DNA from: Candidatus Kerfeldbacteria bacterium
GTDB lineage: Bacteria > Patescibacteriota > Patescibacteriia > SBBC01 > CAIJZX01
Length of the DNA: 64,000 nt
Assembly (NCBI GenBank): GCA_963731735.1
Contig: CAVSWO010000002.1
Coordinates: forward strand, 128,529-192,528
Direction of reading: 5' to 3'
The position numbers were made by a program, and so were the translations under genes. Shown here in pieces: positions 28,702-41,559 of this stretch (positions are counted from its first letter, which is position 1; each line of letters starts with the position of its first letter). The notes under the pieces were generated by a model. That model had not been told where the DNA came from. It did not search any database and was given only the letters and a program-made list of their open reading frames with translations.

Positions 28702-30238
28702 TCTGTAGTATCAATGTACCCGTGTTGTCTTGATAGTAGCCCGTCAGACTCGGGTCAGCAATGTATGTATTAGCCAATGAGTAGAGAGGAAACACGGCAT
28801 GATCATTCATTAATAAATCTTCTGCCTGATGTGCAAGTTGGTATTTCTTGGCACCTTCCGGTTCTTTCAAAATACTTTGATACAGGTCATCGTATTGGGT
28901 ATTCTTGTACCCTGGATAGTTGTTCGTGTCGGTTGATACAAACCCATAGAGGTAGCTCGAAATGTCCGGATATTCTGCAGCCCACGAAGCGGCAACCAAA
29001 TCATACTTCCTATCTTTACGATAACTGTTGAAACTTTGCTTTCGTACGCTTGGATGTCAATGTTTATACCGACTTTCTCGAGCTGGTTCTTTATCAACTC
29101 TGCCAGTGCGACGTCCCCCGATGTATTCGTCAAGTACACTAATGTGAGAGGGTGCTTCGTAGAATAACCAGCATCAGACAAGAGTTGTATCGCTCGTTGT
29201 TGGTCAGCGGTTGCAGTCAAGTACTGTCCCTGGTAGCCATCATTACGGAAGTCAGCCCCCTTTGCTGTATTCATGAAACCCGACGGAATAAAACTCAGGA
29301 GGGCTTGACTACCACTGATGGTTTTAGCAACTGCACTTCGGTCAATGGCCAACGTGATTGCCTGTCGAACTCGATCGTCTTTTAGCGGCGCATGATCGAA
29401 GTTCGGAGATAAGAACTTCGTATAGACAAAGTTTGCATAGTGTACGCTACTTACTTGCGACATTTGATCAACGGTAAGTACGTTACTGACATATGCTAAA
29501 TCCTTACTCTGAAAAGCACTCATAATCGAGTTAGGATCAGACAGCAATTTGAAATGTATTTGGGCTAGATGGACAGTGTTGCGGTTCCAGTACTGATCAT
29601 TTCGCGTCAGAACGATTTGTGTATCGTGACCCCAACTTTCAAGTTTATAAGCACCGTTGCTACATACGTCTCCGCTTTCGTTGACCAGGCCTGGCCATTT
29701 GCCTCGATCGTTTTTTTCTGGACTGGGAAATAGGCTTGTAAAGCGGTCATTGATCCGAAAAAGGAATTTGGTGCTGCAATAGTTACTTCCAGCGTTGTAT
29801 CATTTACTACTTTAATCCCCACATCGTTGGTACTGCCCTTACCGCTATTGTATTCTTTAGCACCCTTAATGTAATACAGATATGATGCCCATCCTGAGGC
29901 GGTTGATGGATTAGGAACCGTAACCAAGCATATTTAAAGTCGTTGGCAGTAACTGCGCTACCATCCGACCATCGGGCATTATTTCGAATAGTAAATGTAT
30001 AAACAGACTGCTGGCTATTGGTGGTGAAGCTCGAGGCTGCGGCTGGTTTTAGACTGCCATCAGAACCAATACTCATGAGCCACACAAACATATTGGAAAG
30101 ATATGCTCGAGCATCTATTGTGAGACTGATTGCGGGATCCAAGGAACTCGGCTCCGATCCTAATACTAAGTTGGCTGTGCGCGTGTTATCAATTCTGGGC
30201 TGCGCCAACGCATAAATCAGCAGCGCAACCAAACCCAA
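28682..30238 (-). pseudogene. Family-5 (peptide/nickel) ABC substrate-binding protein, fragmented into at least 4 ORFs by frameshifts
   Basis: ORFs 29807..30238, 29607..29927, 28867..29547 and 28682..28999 are colinear pieces of one SBP (signal/TM MGLVALLIYALA, then NLVLGSEPSSLDP...). They lie in different frames. Confidence 0.55.
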
Positions 30239-30338
30239 GGACGCGACAGATAGTCATAATGTCCACCTGCCTATCTTAAAAGAGCTTTTATCATAAGATT
30301 CGCCGTAGAAAGTGTATGAAAAAATCTTTTCTTGTGGG

Positions 30339-31817
<1,479 letters not shown>

Positions 31818-32048
31818 CTAGTTTTTTCCTATATTACAAGGGCACCCCCTGAGGGTGCGATACAATGGTTTATCACCCTAACTGGCTAATTTAAAGGATA
31901 TTCAGCCAACGGTGAGCCTAGGGTACAAATCATATCGTTAGAAAATAAAAACTTATTATAAGAAATAAATACAAATAGGTGCCATACGTCAAGTCGTGAA
32001 TCAGACTTGTCATATGGCACCTAGTAAAAGGAGCTGAGAAAATACACT

Positions 32049-33584
32049 CTAGATGACATGCTTCTCGTCCGAAGTGAATGAACGCGTCGGACTGAAAGCG
32101 TGCATGTCGATCGCGAGCCTGTCGAAAGGAGCCGGAAGCAACACCCGACCAGCTTGATTAATACCATCCGTGAGAATGGCTTCAACCAAGAAGGCGGTAA
32201 TCGGCGCATGCATGAGGCCGTGACCAGAACATCCGACAGCATGGATCAGGTTGGACAGGTTCGTATCCTGACCGATGATCGGCGTGTGATCTGGCGTCGT
32301 CGCATAGTAACCAGAAAGCGTGGCGACTATTTGACCCTCGGCCAATTCAGGAACGAAGTCACTCATCTGCATCAAGGCACAGATGCCGTGGTTATCATCC
32401 CCATTCTTGTGGTTATATGGCGGCTCGATCAGATCCTGATCCGAGTCTTCGAAATCCGGTTCAGGAATGGCATCATGAGCCCAGCCAATCATCAGCCTGA
32501 CGTTGTCCGGACGCGAGTAGACGCCCCGATTCCCACCCATACCATAAATGATCATGGGCATTTGTTTCCAGTTTGCCTCCCCGAACTGAAGAAGGAATTC
32601 CGGTTGCGGGACAAGGGAGTACAGATATCGTTTCTCTGGTACGATCGAGATCTCCATCCCACCGATCGCCCGCGAGACTCGCGGAGCCCAAGCGTTGGTG
32701 CAATTGACGACCATGTCGACTTCTAGACGGCCTTCTTCCAGACCGCGTCTCGTCTTCAACGCCACAATCTTTCCGTCCAGAATTTCTGAACCAGTCACTT
32801 CCGTCCACGTCAGGATTCTGACACCTATCTCTTTGGCGTACCGTGACGCTTCGCCATAGATCACCTCGGGCTGCAGAAATCCGTCATGCGGACACCATGT
32901 CGCACCGATGAGATGTTCGGTTCGGATATGAGGCCAGCGTTCGCTTACCTGCTCTGGAGTGAGCAGATACACGTCCAGACCGACCGCACGTTGGATTGCG
33001 TACGCCTCTTGCGCGGCCTGCCAGGACGCCACCAATGCTTCGGCATGATCGGGATTCGCTTTCGCGTCCTCATACAGGAAAAGATACCCGTTATGAGTAA
33101 TCACGTCTCGGCGGTCATCCGGCCTGGTATGCATGTGGTCATGAAACTCGTCGAAATACTGCTCTGAATACATCATACCGATCACCGTCTGCGGATTGCT
33201 GAACTGTGCACGAATGCACGCCGCTGACCGACTTGAAGAACCGTTGCCGATAGCTGCTTTCTCGATTAGCGTAACATCAAAACCACGCTCGGCGAGACGA
33301 ACAGCGCACATGGCTCCGACCGATCCACCACCAATGACCGCGGTACGTGTCGCGGTTCCGTGAGAATTGAAGAGTTTCACTTTTCCCTCCCAAGTAGTAG
33401 AACACTTAGTTCTATCCTGCTGAGTATTGGGTAATACAACGGAAATGGCTTGAGATGCGCCAAAACAAGCACGCAGACACCTGCCATACTTTATTGTCAA
33501 AGGCCATTCTTGCTTGGTCTCTACACCAAAACCAACCACATTGTCAAGCGCCGTCGCGACGGCGCTTGACCACCTCTCACCCAC
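32049..33584 (-). CDS. FAD-dependent oxidoreductase (DAO/glycine-oxidase superfamily); true start probably internal
   Basis: Dinucleotide-binding motif TAVIGGGSVGAMCAVRLAERGFDVTLIEK at about residue 80 of the ORF. The N-terminal 75 aa look like an ORF-calling extension. Confidence 0.6.
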   Translation of the reverse strand: MGERWSSAVATALDNVVGFGVETKQEWPLTIKYGRCLRACFGASQAISVVLPNTQQDRTKCSTTWEGKVKLFNSHGTATRTAVIGGGSVGAMCAVRLAERGFDVTLIEKAAIGNGSSSRSAACIRAQFSNPQTVIGMMYSEQYFDEFHDHMHTRPDDRRDVITHNGYLFLYEDAKANPDHAEALVASWQAAQEAYAIQRAVGLDVYLLTPEQVSERWPHIRTEHLIGATWCPHDGFLQPEVIYGEASRYAKEIGVRILTWTEVTGSEILDGKIVALKTRRGLEEGRLEVDMVVNCTNAWAPRVSRAIGGMEISIVPEKRYLYSLVPQPEFLLQFGEANWKQMPMIIYGMGGNRGVYSRPDNVRLMIGWAHDAIPEPDFEDSDQDLIEPPYNHKNGDDNHGICALMQMSDFVPELAEGQIVATLSGYYATTPDHTPIIGQDTNLSNLIHAVGCSGHGLMHAPITAFLVEAILTDGINQAGRVLLPAPFDRLAIDMHAFSPTRSFTSDEKHVI

Positions 33585-33752
33585 ATGCTACCATCGAAAC
33601 ATCGTTATGAATCTATCAATCGATACATCTTCACAAGCCTATTATTACGTAATTTCTCTCCTGCAGAAGTTGCGGTAATTCTATTCTAGATAATAGTTAC
33701 ACCAACCGCCCTCTGCAGGCGGTGTTTTTCTTATTATCCTCACCTCAAGTAT

Positions 33753-34439
33753 ATGACCCAACTCAGTAAACCAGTTATCGGCGTCCTCGGCGGACTTGGA
33801 CCAGAGACTACTGCCGAGTTCTACAAAGAACTCATTGCTTCGACGTGCGGTCAAACACGACCTGCGGTCTGTATCTGGAGCCTGCCCATCGACCGACGCA
33901 AAGAAGCAATATTTATTGCGACAGGTCAACATGGTGACCATTTTCGCACCCTCATGGTTGATGGCACCAAAAGACTCGTTTCAGCTGGTGCTACTACGAT
34001 TGTTATTCCGTGTAACACTGTGCATGAATTCTTCGACGAGGTCTCGGCAAGCGTGTCGGTTCCATTCACGAACATGATAGATCTTGTTGCTGAAGAAGTT
34101 GCGCGTCGTCAATGGAAACATGCGTTATTATTGGCGACTAGCCGAACAATCCAGACTCAACTCTTCCAACGAGCTATCCCAACAACAAAAACTGAGCTTG
34201 GTTTGCCTTCCCCAGCTGATCAGCAAACGCTTGATCGAACCATCCAGGGTTTGTTGAAGAATGATCGAGACACATCCCACAGACAGTTCCTACAGCATCT
34301 CATGGCTCAGGCAAAGACCGATCATGTGATCTTGGGTTGTACGGATTTACAGCTTCTATGGACAGCCAAAGACTCCGTCATCGATAGCTTGCATCTCCTT
34401 GCTCAAGACACTGCTCGGCTAGCAGGTGCTAGAGTCTAA
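33753..34439 (+). CDS. Aspartate/glutamate racemase family protein
   Basis: 228 aa; PVIGVLGGLGPETT, IVIPCNTVH, VILGCTDL motifs with two catalytic Cys positions. Confidence 0.7.
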   Translation: MTQLSKPVIGVLGGLGPETTAEFYKELIASTCGQTRPAVCIWSLPIDRRKEAIFIATGQHGDHFRTLMVDGTKRLVSAGATTIVIPCNTVHEFFDEVSASVSVPFTNMIDLVAEEVARRQWKHALLLATSRTIQTQLFQRAIPTTKTELGLPSPADQQTLDRTIQGLLKNDRDTSHRQFLQHLMAQAKTDHVILGCTDLQLLWTAKDSVIDSLHLLAQDTARLAGARV

Positions 34440-36007
34440 ACTCCGTTGCACATAACGACAACCCCGGATAATCTGAAAAATATGTGAAGCCATAGTCATG
34501 AAACTACCTTGAAGAGTCTGGATTACTTCATGGTGCCATCCGTGGACTGATAACAGCAATCTATGCTTATATCCATGGCAACGAAAACTGGCCCTGCTCT
34601 TTTTAGCTCTTCGCGTTTGGCATAGAGGACTGGGATGGACACAGGGACACGGGCCTGGTTTACATCATCATCATTAATCCATCTGTCCCTGACAAACAGG
34701 GTAAATCATTCATCCACTTAAAACATAAATCGGTCATTGAGGCATATATGTTAGTCAGACGAGTCATCGAGGCAGGACTAGCAAAGGTGCTCAAATGAAT
34801 ACGATGCTGTTGTTCAGCAGTGCTTGGACCTCCATGCTAGCCCCAGCTGTCGCACGAAAGCGCCCTCCCATTGCTGTACCTTGAGCACTTCTATTAGGGA
34901 AACACCTCTCCTTTCCCTGAGGGACCTGTTCACGGTAGTTTTATCTATTTGAGCTGAGGAGGGGTCTCTTATTGCTTCGTTAGCTTCCTGGTTGTGGTAT
35001 GAACTTCGTGCGCCGATGTGAGCTATTCTCCACCAAAATGATGGGTCACCCAAACAGCCAATTTGGACTCCACATGCGTTCCTTGTGGCTACTATTGTTC
35101 TCCCTGCTAAGCAATGCACATATCACCAGCAATGAATCAGAATTGATAGCCTCTATCCAAAAATAAAAAAGGCAATACTTCAAGCTGATAAAAGCTGTGT
35201 GCTGATCTTAGCCATGTTCCACATGCACAGGTCATCAACCATGACGGTGACTCAGCTGCTGCTATCAGTGATTAATGGCGGACAAAAGCGTTGTTCTTAT
35301 GTGAACGCCTTATAGTCGGCCAAGAGCGTCTGGCCTATTCCTAAACCGGACTCCTATAAACTCCCCAAGGCTGTGACTACTTTACTTTACAAAAGAAACC
35401 ACACACACGCCTCTGGGCTGCCTCACAATGACTGCCTGAGGCTCACTGGGCAGTCATTCTCGCCCCCAGTCACTCGACTAGACAGCTCGCTTCCTCCGTG
35501 ATCACTCACTGCTCCGCCAAAATTGCTGACTTTTGGAACCGCTGGCAAGAAGCCGGCACAGGGAAACTCTACCGTGGTGCATCGTATGTAGAGATATTCA
35601 CATATTACGGGCCTCAGGCTCCGAATGGTGGCCTGTATCGCCCGACGGCCGGACAACGGCGGTACGGGCGCAAATCGCCGCTTACTTCAGCGTCAGCATC
35701 AGCACCCATCCGAGCGGTCGCGACAGCATCAGCCCACAACATTCAATTGCCGCCCGGCTGATGGCCGGGTCTCCTCCGACGGCGCCAGCCAGCCCGAGAT
35801 CAGCCTGCCTAACCTCTGGCCACACTGTCACATCATTTGCCTTTTTACAACGGCAGGTTCAAACCAACATCCACCTATCGTCTATACCGATCGGAGACGA
35901 CGGGGTTCTCGACCAGATCGGCGAAGTTGCTATCAATCCGTCCTCCGCCTGACCCGCGCATGGAGCCAGCTGGCGGGGACTCGGAGACGCCTCTCCGGTG
36001 GTGAACA

Positions 36008-36547
36008 ATGGGGTCGAGCCGAGTGGGATGCACATGGTTGGATATGGGCAATGAACCAATTCACTGTGGCCAGCTTGTTCATGAGTACTGGCCAGCTGAT
36101 CAGGTCAAGCAGGATATCGCACACGAACTCTCTCCTTGTGCTAGCTGTTGGCTGGCGCTCGATGCGGAGCAAGTGGTTGGATTCTGCTGGGGATACCCAA
36201 TTACACTTGAAAACTTGGAGCGGAAGCTGGCGACTCCGATCATGCTCCGGTTTCTGTGGAAGTGTGGCTACCCGCCGGGTACCGAGGTGGCTTATCAGGA
36301 TGAGCTCGGTGTTCTCCTTCCCTACCGCTCCCACGGTATCGCGCGCCAATTGGTCACCATGCGTCAGCTCAGTTTTGACGCTCAGCGTCTTACCCTGAAC
36401 ATTGTCCGAACGCGGAAATCACCTCCATCAGTAACGTACCTCTGGTATACGCGCGATGGGTACCGCGAGATCGGATCGTATCCGGATGGACGCGTAGTCC
36501 TCGCCAGAGAAGTTGCTGGGTATCTCATCCCGCAGTCGGAATACTAA
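36008..36547 (+). CDS. GNAT family N-acetyltransferase
   Basis: 179 aa; acetyl-CoA binding motif A-like QDELGVLLPYRSHGIARQLV. Confidence 0.5.
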   Translation: MGSSRVGCTWLDMGNEPIHCGQLVHEYWPADQVKQDIAHELSPCASCWLALDAEQVVGFCWGYPITLENLERKLATPIMLRFLWKCGYPPGTEVAYQDELGVLLPYRSHGIARQLVTMRQLSFDAQRLTLNIVRTRKSPPSVTYLWYTRDGYREIGSYPDGRVVLAREVAGYLIPQSEY

Positions 36548-36626
36548 TCCGACACATCGTCAGCCAAGCCTCACAATATGTGGGGCTTTTTTTCTACTAC
36601 TTCATTTTGCGATGCGATAAATATTG

Positions 36627-37496
36627 CTAAACTCCTTTTTTCGTCTCTGATAAGCTCTCCCAAAAACCAATCAACTTTGGATCGTAATGGTGCTGACTGG
36701 ACATTGGGATGACGAAATCCTTGTCCCACTGCTTGAATTCACCATGGAGCGTTTGTGAGAAGAGTCCCTTATAACTCTTTACCTTCTGTTCAAGATTTGT
36801 ACTGAAGGAATATGCCTGAAAGTGCTTGAGGTATTCTGGATCATGCTGTTCTAAATATTCAATGGCTGCCTTCTCTCCACGCCAAGGGATGTTACGAAAA
36901 GAGAAATACGCTGTGACTAACTCGGTAATGCTGTACAGCAATCGAAGTTCAAGAGTCTGGTGGTAAAGGGTATTATTAGATTTGTAGTACCGGGTATTGG
37001 CAATATAGTTATAATTGACCTTCACCCACAAGTCCTGTTGTTCTTGCTTAGCAAATGTGAATTCTGGGGACTGATGTTCAAGTTTCACGCAAAGCTTCTT
37101 GAGTAAGGCGTCAGGATCGTAAACGATTTTTGCCAAAGTCAGCCACGTTACAAACATGCCATCAAAGTCATTGGCCGTGAAGGTGTTCTTGGTATTCAAT
37201 CGCTTAAGGAAGCTCGTATCAAAAAAGAAGATATCGGCGAAATGATCCTCAATCGTGGTATAGATGGACTTCAACCCAACCGTATTAGTATCAAGAATAA
37301 CTATGAGGTCAATATCGCTCGAGTCCGTTATCGAAGTAGCTGTCGATCCTGTTAGAAAAATTCCTCGTACTCGCGGGGAACGCTCGAGCTTATCAATGAC
37401 TTGAGAAAGCGAAAGGCTAGACACGCGGGCTTCTACTTCAGCAACTGTTTTACCTTCTCCACCACTTCCGCCGGAGAATTCATCGCCTTGACCCAA
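36627..37496 (-). CDS. Nucleotidyltransferase-domain protein (Pol-beta superfamily; KNTase/ANT-like N-terminal fold plus helical C-terminal domain)
   Basis: 289 aa; GIFLTGSTATSITDSSDIDLIVILD matches the GS...D.D nucleotidyltransferase signature. Last gene of the signalling operon. Confidence 0.5.
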   Translation of the reverse strand: MGQGDEFSGGSGGEGKTVAEVEARVSSLSLSQVIDKLERSPRVRGIFLTGSTATSITDSSDIDLIVILDTNTVGLKSIYTTIEDHFADIFFFDTSFLKRLNTKNTFTANDFDGMFVTWLTLAKIVYDPDALLKKLCVKLEHQSPEFTFAKQEQQDLWVKVNYNYIANTRYYKSNNTLYHQTLELRLLYSITELVTAYFSFRNIPWRGEKAAIEYLEQHDPEYLKHFQAYSFSTNLEQKVKSYKGLFSQTLHGEFKQWDKDFVIPMSSQHHYDPKLIGFWESLSETKKGV

Positions 37497-37840
37497 TAAT
37501 CGGTGGCACCAAGTTCTTTGGCGCGTTCCACGTTACCCTGCATTTTTTCATCAAGATTGGTGAGAATAACTACGGGGACATCTTTCGTGGCTGGATTCTT
37601 CTTTAGTTGTTCGAGCACTTCAAACCCCGATTCTTTATCAAGTACGTCCGTAAGCCCGCGATGCTTGGGCATAATGAGATCCAGAAGAATAAGATCTGGA
37701 TGAACCCGCTGAGCGGTTTCCAGACCTTTTTCTTGGGTAGCGGCTGGGAGAAACTCGAATGTTCCTTCAAGTGAAAACTTAAGGGTATAGAGATGGATTA
37801 GCTCTTGTTCGTCATCAATAAATAGTACTTTTTTCTTCAT
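37433..37840 (-). CDS. Single-domain response regulator receiver
   Basis: 135 aa; VLFIDDE, LILLDLIMP, KAMNSPAEVV receiver motifs. Confidence 0.75.
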   Translation of the reverse strand: MKKKVLFIDDEQELIHLYTLKFSLEGTFEFLPAATQEKGLETAQRVHPDLILLDLIMPKHRGLTDVLDKESGFEVLEQLKKNPATKDVPVVILTNLDEKMQGNVERAKELGATDYWVKAMNSPAEVVEKVKQLLK

Positions 37841-37844
37841 AAAG

Positions 37845-38228
37845 TTATTCTTTGGCTAATCGTTCAAGAACCTTATTCACCACTTGCTGTGGTAGGAGTT
37901 CTGCCTTGATAAGGTACTGTTCCGCCCCAAGTCCAAGGCCTTTAGCGGCATTATCTTTTTCACCTACATTGGTGAGCAAAAAAACTGGGATACTAGCCAG
38001 TGACGGATCTTCTTTTAAGCGTTTGAGAACCTCAAAGCCATCGAGATCATCCATACGGATATCGAGCAAGATCAGATTTGGCTTACTCTTCTTGGCTAAG
38101 GACAAACCCTCATAACCACCATAGGCAATCAAAAGGTTCAAGCCAGCCACCTTGAATTTAATGCCATACATCTCACACAAAACGCGCTCGTCTTCGATTA
38201 GGAGTATCTTGGCTTTTTTAGGATCCAT
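37845..38228 (-). CDS. Single-domain response regulator receiver
   Basis: 127 aa; ILLIEDE, LILLDIRMDDLDGF, conserved T/K region LLTNVGEK...YLIKA. Confidence 0.75.
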   Translation of the reverse strand: MDPKKAKILLIEDERVLCEMYGIKFKVAGLNLLIAYGGYEGLSLAKKSKPNLILLDIRMDDLDGFEVLKRLKEDPSLASIPVFLLTNVGEKDNAAKGLGLGAEQYLIKAELLPQQVVNKVLERLAKE

Positions 38229-38230
38229 AA

Positions 38231-39239
38231 TTATTTAGTAGAGTGATTTTGTTGATGAATGGGAAGTGTGATCGTGACCGTGGAACCCTTTCCATCTCCG
38301 TCACTAATGATGTCAATCGCACCGTGGTGCTCGTCAATCACGTTCTTGGCAATAAAGAGTCCGAGACCAGAACCGTTGGTGTGCTGGTAAGTGGATTTTT
38401 CGCCTCGGGAAGACTTCTGGAACAACTTCGAACGGTCAGACTTTGGAATGCCAATACCGGTGTCCTTAACGGTGAGGACGACTGCCTCACCCTTAACCCC
38501 CAGACTGATTGTTGTGCCACCGGTATTTGTATATTTCTCGGCGTTATCGATAATGTTCATTAAGACCTCGTGGAGCATCTTTGGTTCGGCCTCTATCTTT
38601 GGTAGCGGTGGCTTCGGGTGATTAAACTTTAAGTAGAGCTCCTTATGGTCATAGTTCGGTTTGAGGTCACCACAAACACTATCGATCATTTCCTCAAGTT
38701 GTACTTGTTGGAAGTCAAAATGAAGACTCCCGCCCTCAAGCTCCATCGCTTTCAGCAAATCGTTGACGATACTAGAAGCCTATTTGCTGAGTCCAACATG
38801 TGGTGCTGTTCGGTTTTCTTTTCGTCCTTCGATAAGCTATCAAAGTCTCCGTCTGCTTGCATAGCCAATAGTCCACGAACAGCTGTCAATGGCGTGCGGA
38901 GCTGGTGGGAAGCAATAGTAAGGAACTCCGACTTATTTTAACGAGTTCTTGCAAATGTTCATTTTTATCGGAAATGTCCCTTGTTTGCTCATCAACCTTT
39001 GAGCGGAGATTCTTGTTGAAGTCTTGAACTTGCTGATAGAGCAAGCCGTTTTGAATAGCAATTGATGCTTGGTCAGCGATGGAATCGAGGAGTTGTAAAT
39101 CACCGGACGTGTAGGCTTCCTTGGTTACCTTTGATCCTAACACAACAATACCAATAAGATGCTTACCAAACGTTAACGGCAAACAGAGCGCCGCTTCAAT
39201 CCTTTTCATATTTACAACGAGCTTCCCCGACCTCGCCAT
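38231..39239 (-). pseudogene. 3' part of the sensor histidine kinase (end of GAF domain, HisKA, HATPase_c), broken by frameshifts
   Basis: 38886..39239 carries the GAF C-terminal part; HisKA (SHQLRTPL-like) reads in another frame around 38760-38940; 38231..38758 encodes HATPase_c (GTGIGIPKSD..., GSGLGLFIAKNV). All are colinear with the upstream 787-aa ORF. Confidence 0.55.
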
Positions 39240-41559
39240 TTCCTTGTCCCGCGACTTGCATCCCTTCCAGTTCCTGCAACAACACGGAACGTCGATTTGT
39301 TGTAAGATAATTCGTTAAAAAGTTGTTACGAACAAGTGAAATACCGTTTTCCTCATTGAAACCAATGTTTTTGACGATATGGTAATTCGATGTCGTTTGG
39401 TCATACAAGAGGACACCTGCTCGGTCGAGCTTCATAGTGCTCTTAATCGTCTCAACGACTGAGTTAACAATCTGTTGAAGATCAATGGTATGCGTCAGTT
39501 CGCGCCCTAAGTCAGCTAACGTCACTTGCACGTTATACAGACTGGTAAAGAAGAAACGATTGGCTAGTCGTTCGATCCACAATTTGAGTGGATCGAAGAC
39601 GATTAAGCCAAACGTGATAACGGCTAAACTCCATGGGATAGGAGTACTGCCAGAAAAATTGTTTGATCCCCAGTCAACAAGTAATCCAGAAACACCAAGA
39701 ATAATTGCGAATGTTAATAGATAAACTGTCGTTCGTTTAAAAATAATACGAATATCTAGGAGTCGGTATCGCACAATAGTGTATGCGACGGTCATGATAA
39801 AGACGAGCGGAGCGACGTTAGTAAACGTTATTAACGCCGAGGAGTGAAAAACGAGTGGGGCAACGACATTGAAGAGAATAATACACGTGAAGCTCAGGGC
39901 AAAACTTCCGAGAATATATTGAAGCTGTGTTCGCTCGATTCCGAACCTGGTTCGGATCTGATGGACAAACTGCTTAATAATCCCAAACAAGTAAAGAAAA
40001 AAACCGATGAAGAAATAGCCCACCGCCCAGCCCGGATGCGCTACGATATTTCCATTATTTACCTCGACGCTTTTGAACATCCATGGACTGAGTGCCAGTG
40101 CCATACTGGAGACCACGACAAATGCTGATAATACAACAGTCTGTCGCCGAGTAACTAATGATCGATGCGGAAAGTTGCTAAGAAATAAATACCAAGACGG
40201 GGTCAGAACCGAAGCAAAAAACATAGTCCAACGTATCCAAATGACTATGCGGGATGGATCGTGATAGAACGATGTCAGGTAGTTTGAACCGATGGCGCCA
40301 GCAAAACCGATGGAAAAGATGAACAGCAACATATGCAGCGCCGATCGTCGGTTATTCGACAACACAACGCCCGCCAGAATAATGGTGCTCGCGACCGAGA
40401 GGATAGTAACAATGAGACCAAACATATTAGACAGCAAAAAGTTTTTCGAATGGACCGAAACACATGAAGGCAATTGGTCACCAAGGGCTATGCGCTTGAT
40501 GGCGTACGTGACTAGAGAACCACCGAGGAATGAAGCTAGGGCAAGTTGTGGATGGCCAGCAAGATGTGTCCCCACTCGACGAATGGAATCCAGCATGCGC
40601 GGGGAAATATCTTTCACTCCAATCATCTGCGTCGCCAGTCGTGCTATTTCCTGATACTCTAAGGTCGTAGGTACATTTTCCAATTCCTTCTCCGGCACAC
40701 GGCCACCAAACATTGGTGTATGTTGGTCGAGATCATGTCGCTCAATATCAAGTATCGCCCCATCTGCCAAATCCGTCGCCATTAAAACAGCGATCCGGTG
40801 TTGACGAGCAAAAAGACGAAGTTTGATTTTCATTCGGATGTTGTCAAAAGCATCAACCACAATATCTAGTTTCTGGTCACCGAGGAGAAAAGCCTCTAGA
40901 TTCTCTTCGGTAATCGCCTGAGGGAAAAGTAAGGGTGCCGCAAATGGATCAAGTTCCGTTATCTTACGAGCCAGAACTGTGGTTTTTTGTTCCCCCACGT
41001 CTGCCAGCGTCGCGTGCATGCGATTTAAATTGCTCGCCTCAATAATATCCGGATCGGCCATCCGAAGTGACTGCCCGATGCCACTAATCGTAAGTGTCAA
41101 TGCCTGAGCTTGACCGACGCTGAGACCGATAATACCGATGCGTATTTGCTGAAGCTTACGCTGTTCCTCGATCGTTACAAGATTACGGTTTCTCGCGGTA
41201 CGCAGTTGAAAATAGTCATCCGCAGCCGGAACATGGATGAGCTCTCGATTCCATGGATAATAGGCCCATACCCCACACCGTGCTGAATTTTCTTGGTTCC
41301 CACGGTGTGACTGAAGCCAGGATTCATAGGCGATTTTCAAACCTTGGGGATCCGATTTTAACGGTGGATGGCTGATGACGTACAGCTCACGAAGCATCTC
41401 ATCATATCGATCAAGAACAACCACGTCCCGCGCCTCAGCTAAAAAGGCATCCAGTCGATCCACCTCGTCCGGACGACTCATATCATACAAAACTGGGCGA
41501 GCTACATCAGTATCATCTGTGTGACGACGTTGCCACTGCTCAAGGCGTTCTTCAAGCAT
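39196..41559 (-). CDS. Fusion protein: N-terminal E1/ThiF-like adenylyltransferase domain, multi-TM (about 8 helices) sensor region, and start of a GAF domain
   Basis: 787-aa continuous ORF. ThiF/E1 signature ADPDIIEASNLNRM and Rossmann-like IRIGIIGLSVGQ in the first 330 aa, then a long hydrophobic block, then GAF-like sequence continuing into the frameshifted kinase. Start overlaps the upstream gene by 8 nt. Confidence 0.6.
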   Translation of the reverse strand: MLEERLEQWQRRHTDDTDVARPVLYDMSRPDEVDRLDAFLAEARDVVVLDRYDEMLRELYVISHPPLKSDPQGLKIAYESWLQSHRGNQENSARCGVWAYYPWNRELIHVPAADDYFQLRTARNRNLVTIEEQRKLQQIRIGIIGLSVGQAQALTLTISGIGQSLRMADPDIIEASNLNRMHATLADVGEQKTTVLARKITELDPFAAPLLFPQAITEENLEAFLLGDQKLDIVVDAFDNIRMKIKLRLFARQHRIAVLMATDLADGAILDIERHDLDQHTPMFGGRVPEKELENVPTTLEYQEIARLATQMIGVKDISPRMLDSIRRVGTHLAGHPQLALASFLGGSLVTYAIKRIALGDQLPSCVSVHSKNFLLSNMFGLIVTILSVASTIILAGVVLSNNRRSALHMLLFIFSIGFAGAIGSNYLTSFYHDPSRIVIWIRWTMFFASVLTPSWYLFLSNFPHRSLVTRRQTVVLSAFVVVSSMALALSPWMFKSVEVNNGNIVAHPGWAVGYFFIGFFLYLFGIIKQFVHQIRTRFGIERTQLQYILGSFALSFTCIILFNVVAPLVFHSSALITFTNVAPLVFIMTVAYTIVRYRLLDIRIIFKRTTVYLLTFAIILGVSGLLVDWGSNNFSGSTPIPWSLAVITFGLIVFDPLKLWIERLANRFFFTSLYNVQVTLADLGRELTHTIDLQQIVNSVVETIKSTMKLDRAGVLLYDQTTSNYHIVKNIGFNEENGISLVRNNFLTNYLTTNRRSVLLQELEGMQVAGQGNGEVGEARCKYEKD

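Noticed and set aside
32100-32808. ORFs 32100..32726 (+) and 32473..32808 (-) inside the FAD oxidoreductase gene
   Set aside because: Antisense or alternative-frame to a gene with a clear dinucleotide-binding motif.
35498-36398. Overlapping plus-strand ORFs (35498..35761, 35533..35952, 35625..36398) and minus-strand 35933..36349 in the ORF-poor patch
   Set aside because: Mutually overlapping in different frames, Arg/Ser/Pro-rich, no domain signatures; local high GC keeps the frames open.
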